Part shown: positions 39,756-54,500 of the stretch, in pieces | Position numbering within the stretch: the first letter of the stretch is position 1 | Layout of the letters: every line of letters starts with the position of its first letter | Assembly: GCF_902652985.1 (NCBI RefSeq) | Contig: NC_047028.1 | Location: forward strand, 20,274,001 to 20,338,000 | Direction: 5' to 3' | Source of the DNA: Pecten maximus | Taxonomy: Eukaryota | Length of the DNA stretch: 64,000 nt | Notes under the pieces: generated by a model | The model's input: the letters and a program-made list of their open reading frames with translations, nothing else | Databases searched by the model: none | Told to the model about the DNA's origin: nothing | Made by a program: the position numbers and the translations under genes

Positions 39756-41557
39756 AGGGGAGAATTCCTTTTTTTTAATAGCAAATCCTCAGTAAAAAAT
39801 ACCAACTACAGATATGTTTTGGGAAAGTATAGAAGTATTGTGTTGTGTTTAAAGATAATTGCAGTAACTCTACTTTTTACTTCCAGGACAAAGTTACCAT
39901 GACTACAATCGTTACGTGCGTGTTACCGGAAACAAGCTTTGCTCCTTGTCGGTTTGGCGACGTCAAGCTTGGCTTGTTTTATGTTTTGCCATCCAGGCAG
40001 GTGCACAGCAAAAAGTCGTTTGTCTGAGCATATCGATATGAATTAACCTGATAACATTAATCATAATACTCATAACATAAACATGTGTAACAATTATTTG
40101 GCTTAGTTTAACATGAGGACGCCATGTTTCTCTGACGTGTAAATCGATAAATTCTTTTGTGTGAATCTAATTGATTAAACAGCATGATATTTAAATTGAT
40201 AAGGGCACACCAGTTTGAGCACATTTGAAGTGATATACGCTAGTGGATTAACCACTGAAAGGAAAATATATATTAATTGAAAATAAAATTCAATATTAAA
40301 ACGCCGACGTTCATTCTATAGCGATTATACATACACCCTCGTCATGAGATATTGATCATGACCAACGGTAACTTCCTGGTTGGTGAGCATACTTGTTGAT
40401 CAACACCATGAAAGACTTGTGTGAGACAGTTGTGCTCCTACTTTAACTTCTATTTATACCTTTTGTAACGTGGTCGGTCATCTGTTCCCTTCTTAATATA
40501 TCAACAAAACAGGTGATGCCTTTATGTTTTCATGCTATCACCATGTCAATAACTGCAACAGTCGGTTATTTATTTTCAGCTGTTGACATCAATCTTAATG
40601 TATTCAGTATACTAAGTTTATATTATTAAATATTTTTATTTGATATGAGTGAGTTCCATGTGTATTAAACTCAAAACATGGGATTTGCGATGTGACATAT
40701 TCATTATGGCGTTAAAGATTACCATAAACTAACATAATGTCAGTGTTTTATAATTATTGCGGTTAATCTGTCCATCACATCTTTTTTTTTCAGATACGAC
40801 AAGTAGATATACGCTAGATCTAAACGTTTAACCTTTCGCTACGTATATTCCGATATGTCTGCTGGTTTAAAAAACTGATTTTTTCAACAAAAAGAATAAA
40901 TAAATAAAAAAAAACATCACTTTGATGTGAGATGGGGCATCTCACACTGAGTGGGGGATTCTTCAATTAAAAAACACGAGGTTTAGAACTGAGAAGTCTT
41001 TATAAACCTGGATCTCATTTTTTTCAACGAAAATCTTAATAAAAAGAAATTGGTGATTTGCACATGTGCCTCTAATGGGGGACAGGAAACCGACAAGAAC
41101 ATTCTGCTACACGAAATGCAATATTTGGAATATTTAGGTTTCTTTTTATTTATCACTGTCATTAAACAACCCTGGGATATCTAATATTGATCTACATACT
41201 ATCGTTGTGAGACAGTGTTATCGTGTGGCAGACCATGAAAAATATAAGCATTTTAAATATCACTTCCTTGTTACCATTGAAAGCTAGACGTCGTTTTGAT
41301 ACTATTCATGTGCAGTGTACCGTTATAATGCAAGTCTTTTAAATGTGCCATATGAAACTAATTAAGTCACTTCATAAAGCAATATGTGTGTATGATCGTT
41401 GAATTATTAGACATTTAAATTGACAAAGATACACACTAATGGGCATTTGTCATTTAACAGTATCAATTTTATGCAACGAATTCAAGTACATTTGACTATT
41501 AACTTCGCTGTTTATTTCATATCTACAAACCAGGGCCTTTGCATATATAAAATGTAT

Positions 41558-43481
41558 ATACCACAGTTATAAGCTCAATAATAAATGTTGTTTTGTACAA
41601 GTTACAGCTTAAAAGATGCCAAACAAACAGTAATCGTTTTTCCGATAATAAGAATGAGTATATGTAATCAATTCATTAACTATAACTGACAAAAAATAAA
41701 TAAATAAATAAGTAGGGTAGATTTCTTCCTGGTTGACCGTTGTTGTATGACGTTGGCATGAGATCAGCGAAACGGGTTTAAATCGAAACTATTGTGATGT
41801 TTTCACATCCGTTGAGTTGATAGTACACACAAACTTCCGGTATCTCCAGTGTTACACCTTATTGATATAGTAGGAGTAGAGTCAAATATTGTTTTTCTAT
41901 TAAAGCTAAACAGAAGCAGACGCCTGTGATCAAGCGAATCCCGAGGAAGCCATACCATAAATTTAACCTAGAATTCAGATTTCGCTCCTCTGTAATCTTC
42001 AAAAATAACGATTCAGCTTAACGAATGGTCATTGTTTTATTTCTTAACATTAATCAAATACTATTACTAAAAGAAAATGATGTTTTGGTTTACCTGTTTG
42101 ATGAGCAGTTGATTATTGATACCTTTGGTACTTTATTACTTTTATGGCAATGATTGATGTCAAAACCAATACAGTCAGATATCCCTCGGCAAATATATAC
42201 ATATCAATGTAGTATGGTTACAATGAAAGAACAATTTGTAGCTGAATGCGGTTGTCCCATAATAATGCATTGCAAATGTCATCGTTTTAAGGAAAAAATA
42301 TACCCGTAGGAACACAAGAGCATGCAGTGTAAAAAGACACGCTGATAAGCGAATGAAATTGCTGATTTCCATCATCGCCTGTCGGAAATGTATCTTTATT
42401 GTTTCAAATGTATTTCTCTCCCTCGTCACTTTTACCTGCAATCAATAGAAGGGTATGTTAATGTTTTTCGTACTTTTACGATAAATCACGTTCATTGGGA
42501 TTAGGAAATAGTATTACGAAAAAAAAAGTCAATGTTTTAACTTTTTGAAAACTCTGGAAAATGTATCTATTATTGCCCTATTGAGAGGGTACCGTTGCCT
42601 CATAGTATTGTCGAGGGATAGAATAGTGCCTGAGCCGAAGGCATCACGAGACAATACTATGATGTAATAGTACCCTCTCAACAGGGCCATACTGGGTTTA
42701 GTACAACACCCCTACAATTTGTATAACATTCATTGAAATCGCCGTAGTGATTTATAACAATAGGCCGACTGTAACGTAAGACATCTTTCATGAAACGACG
42801 CCAGCAAGACAATTAAAATACCTGCTCAAATTCCCCGCCCTCACGAAAATCTCAGAAAATGGCGCGGAATATCTTATGACATTATCAATTTCTTTGTTGT
42901 GATTTAGCACAAACATAAAATTGCCATCTGCAGAAAAACACACATTTTGCGTACACTTGTACATGATAGCATATCCGCCATTTTGACGTCATAGTTCAGC
43001 ACAACGCAAGAGTGACGTAACGTAATAGAGACATCACAATCGACTCACGTTCAATCTCGTGCCAAATCAAAGTATTCATGTGTGTAGCCAAAGGGAAGCC
43101 AGCTTTCTGTCACGTGATATCCTAAGCTGTCTTTCCATTGGCTACACACATAGGTACTATGAGGCGATAGTGCCCGCTTCCCCCGGCACTATCGATTTTG
43201 CGCGAGATAGAACGTGAATCGATTGTGAATTTATTTACCACGGTTATAAGCTTAATAATGAATGTTGTTTTGTTCAGATTACAGCTTTATAGATACCAAA
43301 CAAACTGTAACCGTTTTTCCGATAATAAGCATTTGTATATGTAATAAACGTATAACTATAATTGACAAACATAATTGTGTAGATTTCTTCCTGGTTGGCC
43401 TTGATTGTATAACGCAGTTGTTGGCAACATGAGATCAGCGACAAGTGTTTAAATCGAGACTATTGTGATGTTTTCATATCC
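41558..43481 (+). repeat. ~250-bp diverged direct duplication (41558-41810 and 43236-43481)
   Basis: Shared blocks TACCAC.GTTATAAGCT.AATAAT, CCAAACAAAC.GTAA.CGTTTTTCCGATAATAAG, GTAGATTTCTTCCTGGTTG, CATGAGATCAGCGA, ACTATTGTGATGTTTTCA. Confidence 0.85.
42570..43230. mobile_element. Palindrome-rich non-autonomous element
   Basis: Hairpin 42574-42690 (GCCCTATTGAGAGGGTAC..CATAGTATTGTC / GACAATACTATG..GTACCCTCTCAACAGGGC) and nested inverted repeats 43035-43227. Confidence 0.6.
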
Positions 43482-44038
43482 TTTAAGTAAATGGCAGTGT
43501 GGTTAGCTGTAAGGTTTTTATCATCATGTTCAATACGTATTTCATCATTGATAGAGTTCTTTATTATTTGTACTATACTATACATTCAACTGTTGTATAG
43601 TTAATAATTTAAGTCTCAAGTCTTCACTGATTTAGGCCAAATAACCTGCCTGAAACCCTAATCGCCGATTGGCATTCACCCATTCGGTGTATTCTGCGGG
43701 AGAGTTATTCAATATACATTTACATGTATTTGATTATTTCGAAAATTGCCAATTGATTTTTGTGATCACATTCGTGATTAATTATGCTTTTAACACACGT
43801 GCTTCTTGTATACTATCTCAATATTGTATACTTTCAACAAGAACAACCGAAATTGTTATTTTAGCTATTTTTGTTACGCCTACTCTTTAAATGGTTATCT
43901 GTTGCAGACTGACAAATCTTAACGCAATGATTATACAAAGATATCACCTCTAAACACAGTTAGTGTACCTTGCTTAAGAATTCCCTGGTACGACGCTATT
44001 TCAACCAATACCCATTATTTGAATATTATCAGCCACAT

Positions 44039-44075
44039 GTCACGTGACCAATAAATGGTAGAGAAGTATAAAAAC
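44039..44075 (+). promoter_or_regulatory. Core promoter of the VWDE-like gene: GTCACGTGAC + CCAAT + TATA
   Basis: GTCACGTGAC 44039-48, CCAAT 44048-52 and TATAAAAA 44067-74, ~50 bp upstream of the ATG at 44121. Confidence 0.65.
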
Positions 44076-44120
44076 AGAATTTTACATCCTGTTCGGTGTG
44101 TTATAACCGCAGTTACCAAC

Positions 44121-47100
44121 ATGGCAAGGGTTCAGATCGCCGTTTGGACTATTGCGATGATTCTTAACATCTTCACGCCTGCGAAAGCTTGGACTGGGTG
44201 AGTAATTAACATCTGCTACCAGCACCATGCTAGCTACTGTGGAAATCGAAAAGGATTAAACAATTGATTTTGTTAAAGTTAACAATGAGTACATGTAACT
44301 ATAGCTTTACTTCAGTAAATTGGAAAAAAATAACTTCGACAAAATACAAAATCAAATTTCATATTCAGGTATTTTGTTTACATCAAAAATAGATGACTAA
44401 TTTTAAAGATGATAATCTTCTAAAAGCATATCGATTATTAACGACTCGCGAATGATAGCAGGGGAGAGAACAATATGTTTAATGTTATACATACAATTGT
44501 ATCTATATTTTAACCAAGTTATTAGTTTCCGTTTCCATTATCCTGCTTGCTTAAAAAGGATTCAATATTTGATTTTGTTCACAATGATTTATATATGTAG
44601 CTATAGCCTCACTTAAAAATAACTTCGAGCCAATACAAAATCACATTTCATTTTAGTTATATTGCTTACGTAACAAAACCTAATGGAATAAAGAAAATAA
44701 AGAAAAAATGACAGCAATTGGATGTTCTGTTTATCTTGAAGACATCTGTCATGTGTTTTAAATTAACCGACACACCTTTGTTTTGTTTAGATGATATACT
44801 TTCTGGACATTGCAAAGAGGGGATATATTGTAACTGTTACATATATGTATGCGTGTATTATAACAACGTGTATTATAACAAAATAAAAGATTGGCACAAA
44901 CCTGTAGTATTCAAGAAAGGACAGGCATTTAAAATAAGAATACACATAAATGGTTAGGTGTAAATAGTATAGTCATAGGACGGATTTACCAATGAAACGT
45001 GGCGTGTATGTCGTAGAAGAATAACATTTGTCACCTATACAAATTCGGTGAATACCTGTATATTCTAACCTGCTAGTATTATGGGCTACTTCCTAGTTGG
45101 CGTTTTGTGTAAGACGCGGATTGTTTATTATGTTAATATCAGAGTTAACAATATACTTGCATTAATATGTTTTTCATATATCAGTTCTTAATACTAAGTC
45201 ATCGTGAAAAAAACTGTTTGTAATCATTTTGTTCTTCAATATTTACTGTCAGAAATAAGTTAATAGTATTTCTTAATTTAAACCCAATTCAATTCTACTC
45301 AACATTAATTTTCGATAGAATCACTACGTCGCGAAGTTTTGAGCGACGCCCACCGCTGTATCATCTCCGTCGGAAATCGACTCTTTCACAGTCGACCAGA
45401 ATGCCATCGTATTTCTCTTGGATGCTTTCACGTTTTCAGACAACGGGTTTTATTTTGATTTGTCAAAGTAAAAAGTTCAGTAAAGCACCGGAATAACTCC
45501 GGTACAACATGGAGACCGTGTTAACGACAACGATTTTAATACCATTTCGATGAAGGCAGATCACAATAAAACTAATTTCATGGAGCATTAGACTACTTTT
45601 TTTTTTTTTTTTTTTTTTTCTTTTTAGACTTCTGACGATAACGAAACGTTTCTTTTCAGTATAAACCTTATTTTCACAGTCATCCCCGTTCTTTAAACTG
45701 TAAACTGTCTGGTGTTTCTGTAAGGGTGAAATAAAATTTAAAAAACATTACATTTGTATTTAATTTTTCAGCTGTAATAAAACAGATTTAAACAACCATT
45801 GTCTATATCTTCGTCACGTTCTTAAGGAAGTGTCCGTGTCTTGGATTAGCTATATATACTAACTAACGCCTGTAACGTGTAAACTGTCCTTTTCGGATGC
45901 TATTTTCACCAGGCATGTGGGTTCATGTTACACCTTATTTTGAAAACCACCAAAATCACTGTATATTAAGATAACGTATCATTTTGTTTTGTCCATAAAT
46001 TCCTTAACGTTTTTATTTGTGGACTCGGATATTTGGTACACACGGTATCTTTTCCGGTAATTGCACTTACCTACCTACAAAGTCACGTGACCGGCACGAG
46101 GGACAACATCAATATTCGGTCGGTGAAACTCCCATTACCTCATTTCATTTTGTAAATAAATATGATGAACCTCTTAAGCACACTTAGAAAAGCAAGAAAA
46201 TAGTGAAAATATTCTACGGTGAACAAAGTTGTTTTAATAGCTAATCAGGCATTTAGTTGACAATTTCAGGCATCTTTACAAGATTGGATGGCAGTTTTCA
46301 TTATTTTCTTCTAAAAATTATCCTTATTACACTTGTTTGATCAGCATCGATTTTGATCAATGGCTTGCACTGGGGTGATTTATAAAGCAAGTGTTAATGT
46401 TCACGTTGAATGTTCATGTCACGTTGAATGTTGGAACTCTTCAGTGTTTCTAATACCGACGACTGCATTAAAACGAACAAATTCTGATACAAGGATGAAA
46501 TGGATCATAATTAACTCAATTATTTGCAGATAATTTCCAAAAGAATATCGTGTAGAATGTTTTCGATTATTCATACAAGATTGTAAAATCAAAACTGGTA
46601 AAATTCCGGTCATTATCGTTGCCAAAACAGCCGTAAATTTGTCGTTAATCTTCATTTATTAATGATATTGTTTGGTGTTGTTTTATCATATATCATCAAT
46701 TTAAACACATTTAACAAACAAATTACTGACAAACACTAAATGCAGCCATCGTGTCAAGCGATGCAGACACAACGCAGGACCTGTTAACAATGTGACGTCA
46801 TCGGAAAGACCAAGTTGCAACAATGTACGACAGTGTATATCTTACATGAACACACCAATGAGCATAGAACGGGGCGCAATACTAAACCTTATTTGTCAAA
46901 TGTTGACGAAGCAATTTTTATGTATATTCTGCAAACAAACACGAACCTGTTGTTTTTCTTATGACGTATGCTTGTCATGGTCTCGAAAGCGAAAGACAAC
47001 GCATTATGCAATCAAAATGAGAGAAGGAAAAGATTCCACGAAAGTTTGACTGCGAGTATAACCATTTTCTAATAACCTTGTCTTTAACCGAAAATTAAAT

Positions 47101-48527
47101 CTTTCCTTCGTGTTAAAGAAATAATTGATTTTGTATGATAATGATAACCATAAATTATGAATTCTGTTTTAGAAATGTCTGTTTCAAGGCAAAGAGTGGA
47201 TCCAGACGATATGAAACTTGTACTCGTGTGTGAGTAACAATCTCCCAGACGTTAAACTTTTTATACTCATATTATTGTAACAAAAAACAAGATATGGTTA
47301 AATAGTCTTTATTTATCTTCACATCAAGCTATATATGTTGACTGACAAAGAGCAAGATTACATGGATTCATTTGTTATGGTTGATGTGTAAAATACACTA
47401 AATGTTAATAAATAAATGTGTCTATAAGGAAATTATAACAGAATATGGTTTCAATGTCTTACAGTTCTATATGGTTCTATAGGTTGACTTTGAGACTTTT
47501 TTGCGGAATTTATGACGTATTAGATCGCAAATACAATTAATGTGTCGGAAGGAATCTAAACAGGGCACATATCAAACGTATTCCATGTATATATTCTGTA
47601 TCTGATTTTCAAACCATAAATTGTCCTCACACAAAACAAGTACTATGATCTAACTGTTGTATATACATATATATCAGAGTATTATGGCATCGGGTATGCT
47701 ACACTCGGTACGCCATCTACTACTACACAGAATACTACTGCTGTGACGGCTGGACGGAAACGATTACAGGCAGCCATGAGTGTACAAAACGTAATTGTAT
47801 AATATTTTTTACATATAATGTTCACTGTGTTTGTCAAATATGAACATTATGTTATACCTTGAAATTGAATAAACATGCTATATAATGCTATATACAGATC
47901 AATATACAACTACAATTATGCATCGACGTTATTAGGAAACTTAACATTCTGAATAGTAAACGTAATACTCCGGTCAAGCAAGGTAATTCTGTATAACATA
48001 TTATATTTACTGCTTCAATCACATTTCTATATCAACAGGTATCCCACTGCAACCAAACAGTAAGTAAACTACATCAACTTATTAAGCTTATTAATCTTAA
48101 TATCAATTCTTCGATGGTTGAATAGTCGCTTGACCTGATATCCTGTAAAGAACAAGTTTTGGAAAAAAAAGATGATTCATAGCATTGTTGTAAGTCATAT
48201 ATACAATATCATAGCAACGCTTCTATACCAGGTTCGTTGATATTACATATGTATGCAGCTGTATTACGGGAAAAGTGTATTTTTTATCTTAAAATCGTAA
48301 ATACCTCTTTCGCCGAGATTTAATACTAAACAGAAATTGGTAATTATGTTTTCAAGGAAAACAAAAGAAATTTCAGGCTTAACAGTTACTGAGAAATCAA
48401 TAGGGGAAAGAATCGACACAGAAAGTTTAGTCATGTTAAATCATGTTATATGTTATAATTCGATACATCTTCCATGCAAATATAATGTTGGATGAAAAAC
48501 TGCCTATTTAACAGTGCCAAGCGTGTT

Positions 48528-48560
<33 letters not shown>

Positions 48561-51500
48561 TTGTTGTTTTTCTAGCTTAAAGCGTTATTTCAGGTGTTGA
48601 GTCATATAACGAAGTTCCTGCTTTAGCATGGAGAAGTCTGTCCTCAGACGAAGACGTTATAGATGACAGGACTCTATCCAGTGGCTTATTCACTGCGGGA
48701 AAATATTTTGACATTGTGACAACAGAAGTAGATCCAACAACAATCGGTTGCGGAGCAAAACGGAAAATCTGGATGAATGGTAAGCATTTGTTTTGATAAT
48801 ATGTCGTAGAGTACATTGCATGAAGACAAATGCGAGCAACTCTAATCAATATCATAAGATATTAAAATACATTTTGTATGTCCAGTAGCTGTATTTAAAA
48901 AACAAATTGGTGTCTTCAAAACTATTTTTCAACACGAACACCTTTTACTTGATATCATTATATAATAATATTTTAAGTTTTTGGTGCATACTTATCAGAC
49001 ACCCTCCCAGACGCAGATGGCTCATTTCATGATAAAACTGTGTGTGTCTCGGATGCGGAAACCAACGACCCTTGCAAGGATACCTTTACAATCGAGGTTC
49101 ATAATGGCGGAGATTTCCGGGTCTACGTTTTAGAATCACTCCAAAGTGGCCATTATGGACTTGGGAATGACTCGGTTTCTTATTGTTTTGGTAGGTTCAA
49201 TTACCACATCAAATTTACGTTACGTTATAATTTATGAGAGTTTTGTAATTATAGATTTAGGTCTGATTAGAACAAGTGCTATCGAAATTCATTGACACAG
49301 TGCCAACGTCAGTGTTTCAGAGATTTTACTACCTTTAATCATAATTTATTTCCATAAAATACTACAATTTGCTTTCTACGAATCGACCATAATATGCTAG
49401 ATTCTGGCATCATTTCCATTCCCGAATCTTGACATTTCGGAACTTACCATCAGTTTTATGCAAACAGATCTGTCAGTACCTTTGGATCCGTGTTCTGATG
49501 TGATTTCACACATACTTCCGGCATTAGAATCCCGTCGTCCTGGTAACACTATCATGACACAAAGTGACGACAGCTTGCTCGGAAATTGGTATAGTGCTGG
49601 CCCGTACGAAATCGTCAGAAACAGTCCGGATTTAGAGTTACCCGTCAGTTGTGGAGCTAAAGCCCAAATATGGATGAATGGTAAAGTGTATTTCTGGTTT
49701 TTAAGGAGGAGGAAAAAACAACTCCTTAAATATCTAGTCCGAAAATAAGGCACCGACGTGTTCGAAAAGTCTATAAGAATGAATTATAAGCTTTTTGTTC
49801 TCTGACTACTATAAATAAGAATATGTTAAAAGAGTGAAAAGTAACGAGTGAGTGTTAAAGAAAATAATGTTATTTCTTTATCTATTGCTCACTCTACATA
49901 AGAAATATATGTCTGTACATATAGCTTCATCTATGCATTTTTGAAGTTTTAGTTTTAATGGTTCTTGCATTACGTATAGACTCTTTCCCAGAAGTGGATG
50001 GTAAACATCATATCCGGAAACTTTGCATCACGGATGTCGAGACGTCACAAAAGTGTGTTGGCAGTATTCATTACACTTTCATTAAGAATTGCGGAAGCCA
50101 TTTTGTGTATTTCCTGACAAGTTCTCCAAAACCTGACAGTGCATACTGTTTTGGTGAGTACATTTTGCATTATTGGTCTTTGCACCGCCAACCATTTCAG
50201 ATTACTTCAATGCGCTAGTCATGATGATATATTCTTCTTCATGTCACGTGACCTCGATATCCCTATACATGGGAAAATGTTTATGAGTATACGGGTAAAG
50301 CAAAAAGTAAAACAACTGAATGATTGATTTTATAGAAATATACGTATTGATTGCTTGAAAAATAAGGAGACGTTTATGTGAATGCTACGGGTTTTCAGCC
50401 ATTTGTTAAAGACCAAATTTTGATACGTTAATCAAACACTGAACTCCCAGGCTTTTTCAGTGAAACTGAAGGTTTTGATATTTTATCATGTTTTACTAGG
50501 TATATTCGGTATCTCAATCACTAAACCAATAAGGGAGATGTGACCATTTCTCTAACAGCGACGTGTTATTGGCATAGTTTTGCGTAGTTGGGAGTGAATG
50601 GGTTAATATATATCTTTCACTCCAACATTATAAATCAATTCTTATGTTACACACCATTTGTTTAATCAATGGATATAGTGTGCGGTAGCATATTCACATC
50701 TGCTAGGACTTTTTAATTCTTCATCATTTTGATCGTTATTCACAGATATCCCCTCGGAATCAAATGGTGAGTATACAAATAATCGATATATTCTTATACC
50801 GTAATGATTTTGTCCCTACACATTTCACCCCCTTCTCTGTCCATCCTATGACACTGAATTAATAAATATGAATATCCCCTAAAACTTTTTTCACATATCA
50901 TCATTATCAACTGCATAATGAAGATCTGAGGGTGATAGTAAGAGTTCATGTTCAGTTGACCTCAATGCTTTTCATACAACGTGAAAGTTTGGAAACATAT
51001 AAAAACGCTTCTCTGATATGATTGTCCGGCAGCAAGTGCAACAGTGTTCCAAACGTCAACAAGCTTTTTCATGTCCCTTTTTACTACTTAATTGTCATCA
51101 GAGGTAATTTCCGTTATAACAAAAGAAAATCTACAAACATACATACTTAAAAAATCTAATGTATACATCGATTAGGGCGTGAAGGTACTTGCAATGGGTG
51201 AGGCAATCTTTGATTGGGTCACTCCGATATCATTAATCAAATTAGGTCGACCATGACGGGTTTCGAGTATACTGGTTATCTGGAACTGTAATCGATTAGA
51301 ATTACAGTTCGTTTCATCTACAATGTATAATCAATTTCAAAGATTCAATTTTGAGTATTTATTAGGATAACATTTTCATATTTGAAATTGTACATCGTCC
51401 TGGCTAGAAATGTCATTAATGTGGTATATATTTGAATAATCGTTTATTCGAGCTAATCGTTGAGTAAAATATATATCTCCATCTCCATAGATCCAGCCCC

Positions 51501-54500
51501 AGATTTTACTCCAAGCAATGTTCAAATAGAGTCCAGTCTGAAATGGAATCCGCATGGCCTAACGTCATCGACCGAGTGGCCTTCACTGCACTTCCAATGC
51601 TCTTTTGATAAGAGTACCGAATTCGACCTCTTTTACGTTGTATATTTCTACGTGGACGGAAGCTACATCGATACGGGATCAGATATCATTGTTCAGGATT
51701 CCTCAGAGGCCTATGTCACTGAGCAGCTTCTCAATTTCCGTGGATTTTCTGCTGGGATAACGGTAAGCTGTCCTAATCAATTATGTTGAATTGTTTATAT
51801 CTTGGTGTGCACTGCAAAAAGGAACAATCCCAAATTCATATGTTTTATACGGGTAGTGGCTTTGGGATATGCATTAAGGTAACAGTCGAATAGTGCAATG
51901 GGTTATAGAATTCAGGTAAAACATATTCCCACTGTGTCTGGGCTGGTTGAGGACTTTTTTCCTTTTTTTTTTAAAGCTTAACATTGAAATGTAACCGGAA
52001 TGGCACAAATAAAATCTTTAAAAGAATTTTGATTATCCGTCCCATCATATGATTTTTAAAACACCTGATTTCTATTTCAACTTTTTTATATTTGAGATAC
52101 ATGATCGCATGTCAGTATCTTTAACATTGTATGTCAATTGTTTAATGCTCACTAACAATGCCGTCCGCCATTTTGAAAAAAAGAAAAACCAAGAAAAATG
52201 ATCGATTTAAATTTAAAAGAAAGCATTATCTTCATAATATGACGGTTATGACTTTTTCACTGTAAGAGAGATACTGTCATGATTAAAATTCGAAATAAAT
52301 GCAAGGCTTTGTCAGAAACATAATGTACACATTTTACAGATTTCCTGTTTTGTCGGGGGTAGAACATCCAGGAATGGTCGTACAGGTGTCATAGCTGAAA
52401 GTCCTGGATTCTACGCAGGTATAAAGGTATGTAATAATTTGCATATTTAGCCCTATAACGGGGAAAAGTAATTCATCACCCGAGAACGAATCAAAATTCC
52501 CGTTATTGGTGCACTTCAAGGCGACATCAATACAATAAGAAACTCGGGTTTTTTTTTCGTGTAGAATTGGCAATACACCTGTTGATTTAAATGTAGATGT
52601 ACATTGTGATCGCATATTGCGCAAAAGTTCACAACATGAGGATATTCTGAGAAATTAACGTTTATTTGTCAGATACTCTAAGCTAATATATTTGAAAAAA
52701 ATTATTCAGTATTTCATTTTAAAGTTCAGTTTTTAAACAATATCATTCACATTCCATTTTTTCAGCAAGATAGAGTAAAAATTAAACTATCAACATTTAC
52801 TCTCCATTTCATTAAATTTCAAAGCCAATTCCCTGTTAGGTCTATTGTCCTGATTCTGCGCTAAATATGGGAAATATGTTTTACCATTTGAAACTAGATG
52901 GTGAACCATTCAGTCGATATTCAGCGTGGAGAGAATGGTACCGTTGGTTTTTTTACCACGATTCCATTTGGTTGTGTGTACGATCTGACTTATCCCGAAG
53001 ATGTCTGCTACATGACTCTGTCCATATCAAGCAGCGCTAGCGACAACAGTTGTGGAAGCAACAGTATGCTACATCCGTGTACAGTTCAGCTAAAAGGGGT
53101 CACGAAAGACGAACTACATCAATGGAGAGTTATGGACGCCAGAAATGAATCATGAATTTGAAATTGTAGCATCGGAAAGTAACCAAGGCACATATAATCT
53201 AGCTAATACAAATTTCACGATGAGGTTGACTGCATATACACCAGGTCATACATTCTGGCATGATAGTCAATCGGAAGAAGCTACGGTAAGTATAAACAGT
53301 CCAGTTATTGTATTCTAATGTAAGGGAAGTAACTGTGTGTTTGCCATATTGGATTCGCATTCTCGTATAACTTGTCGATGTAAAAGCTATACGAAAGATG
53401 GCATAGTTTTATATTCCAAGAGAACCATGTCAATTGTACACGTCTGTTTATCCCATTCACACATATCAACACCGTTATACACATTCAATTTCTGTTTTAG
53501 ATCAATGTTTACGAAACTGAGGAATCTAAAATTTGGCAGGGCAAAAACTGTTCTGTTCATTGTGACCCTCATCATTTGACATTTGATGGAATGTAAGTAT
53601 TTGAATGACTGAGAATATTCTAGATCTCTATTAGTTTGTTTTCATTCCAACATTTACCTGACTTCTTTGTTTTTTCTGCTTACGTTTTGATATGGAGTTT
53701 TATAGTTGGTTTGTGGGGATCAACGACTCACCCTTTTAAGCATGAAACTTTTAAAACTTTTTAAACTCGCTCAAATAATGAAATTAGTTTAGTAGAAAAA
53801 TCTAAACATAGGAAATTGTTATCTCACTTTTCAGAGATTCCTTCAAATCTTTGAAAAGATATTAATTCAAACAGCAGATTTATCACCGAGAGTATTTAAG
53901 TCTGAGCAAAAAGATTTGTGTTTGAACAATATAACGGTGTGATTCACATAGGCCTTTGTTCTATTGTATTTGTAAGTTAGTCTTCATCTACATCTACATC
54001 ACGTTTGTAAGTCAGAATTATGTATTCTAAAACGTTGATAATTTCTCGTGATTGCTGGTCCCTGATAAGGTCAAGGTGTATTTTCAAAATAGGTCAGAAA
54101 TTTCTCATTTCCTGAAAATGCTGTTATTGTATAAACCCATCAATTCATATTCCCCCATATTTCCCTCTCATTATTTTGTAGGAGATTCGAAATACAGAAA
54201 CCAGGAAGATTTCAGTTGTTAAAAAGTGAGGATCCGCCTATGGAGGTAAATCCAATGAATGAGAAAAATCTGTAAAAAACATTAGTCATAATAGGAATAT
54301 GAAACGGATCACATTTTTTGTTTTTTTTTTCGTTTTTTTGTTTTTGTTTTGTTTTTTCTTTGGCCAACGAGAGAACGATACATCACCACATAACAACGAA
54401 CAGAGGGACCATTACCATTTTAATTAGATTAACTTTTTTAGATATATTGTTTAAGGTTTTCCGCAAATATCTTAGTTTTATTACATGTTACTGATGATGT

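Noticed and set aside
35462-41000. Short ORFs in the intergenic region
   Set aside because: No recognisable domains and no consistent splice-phase chain.
44791-44860. Possible extra exon in intron 1 of the VWDE-like gene (ORF 44718-44957)
   Set aside because: In the required phase it gives an immediate stop; exon 47173 joins in frame without it.
45632-45652. CTGACGATAACGAAAC hammerhead-like string
   Set aside because: No stem II and no convincing stem I.
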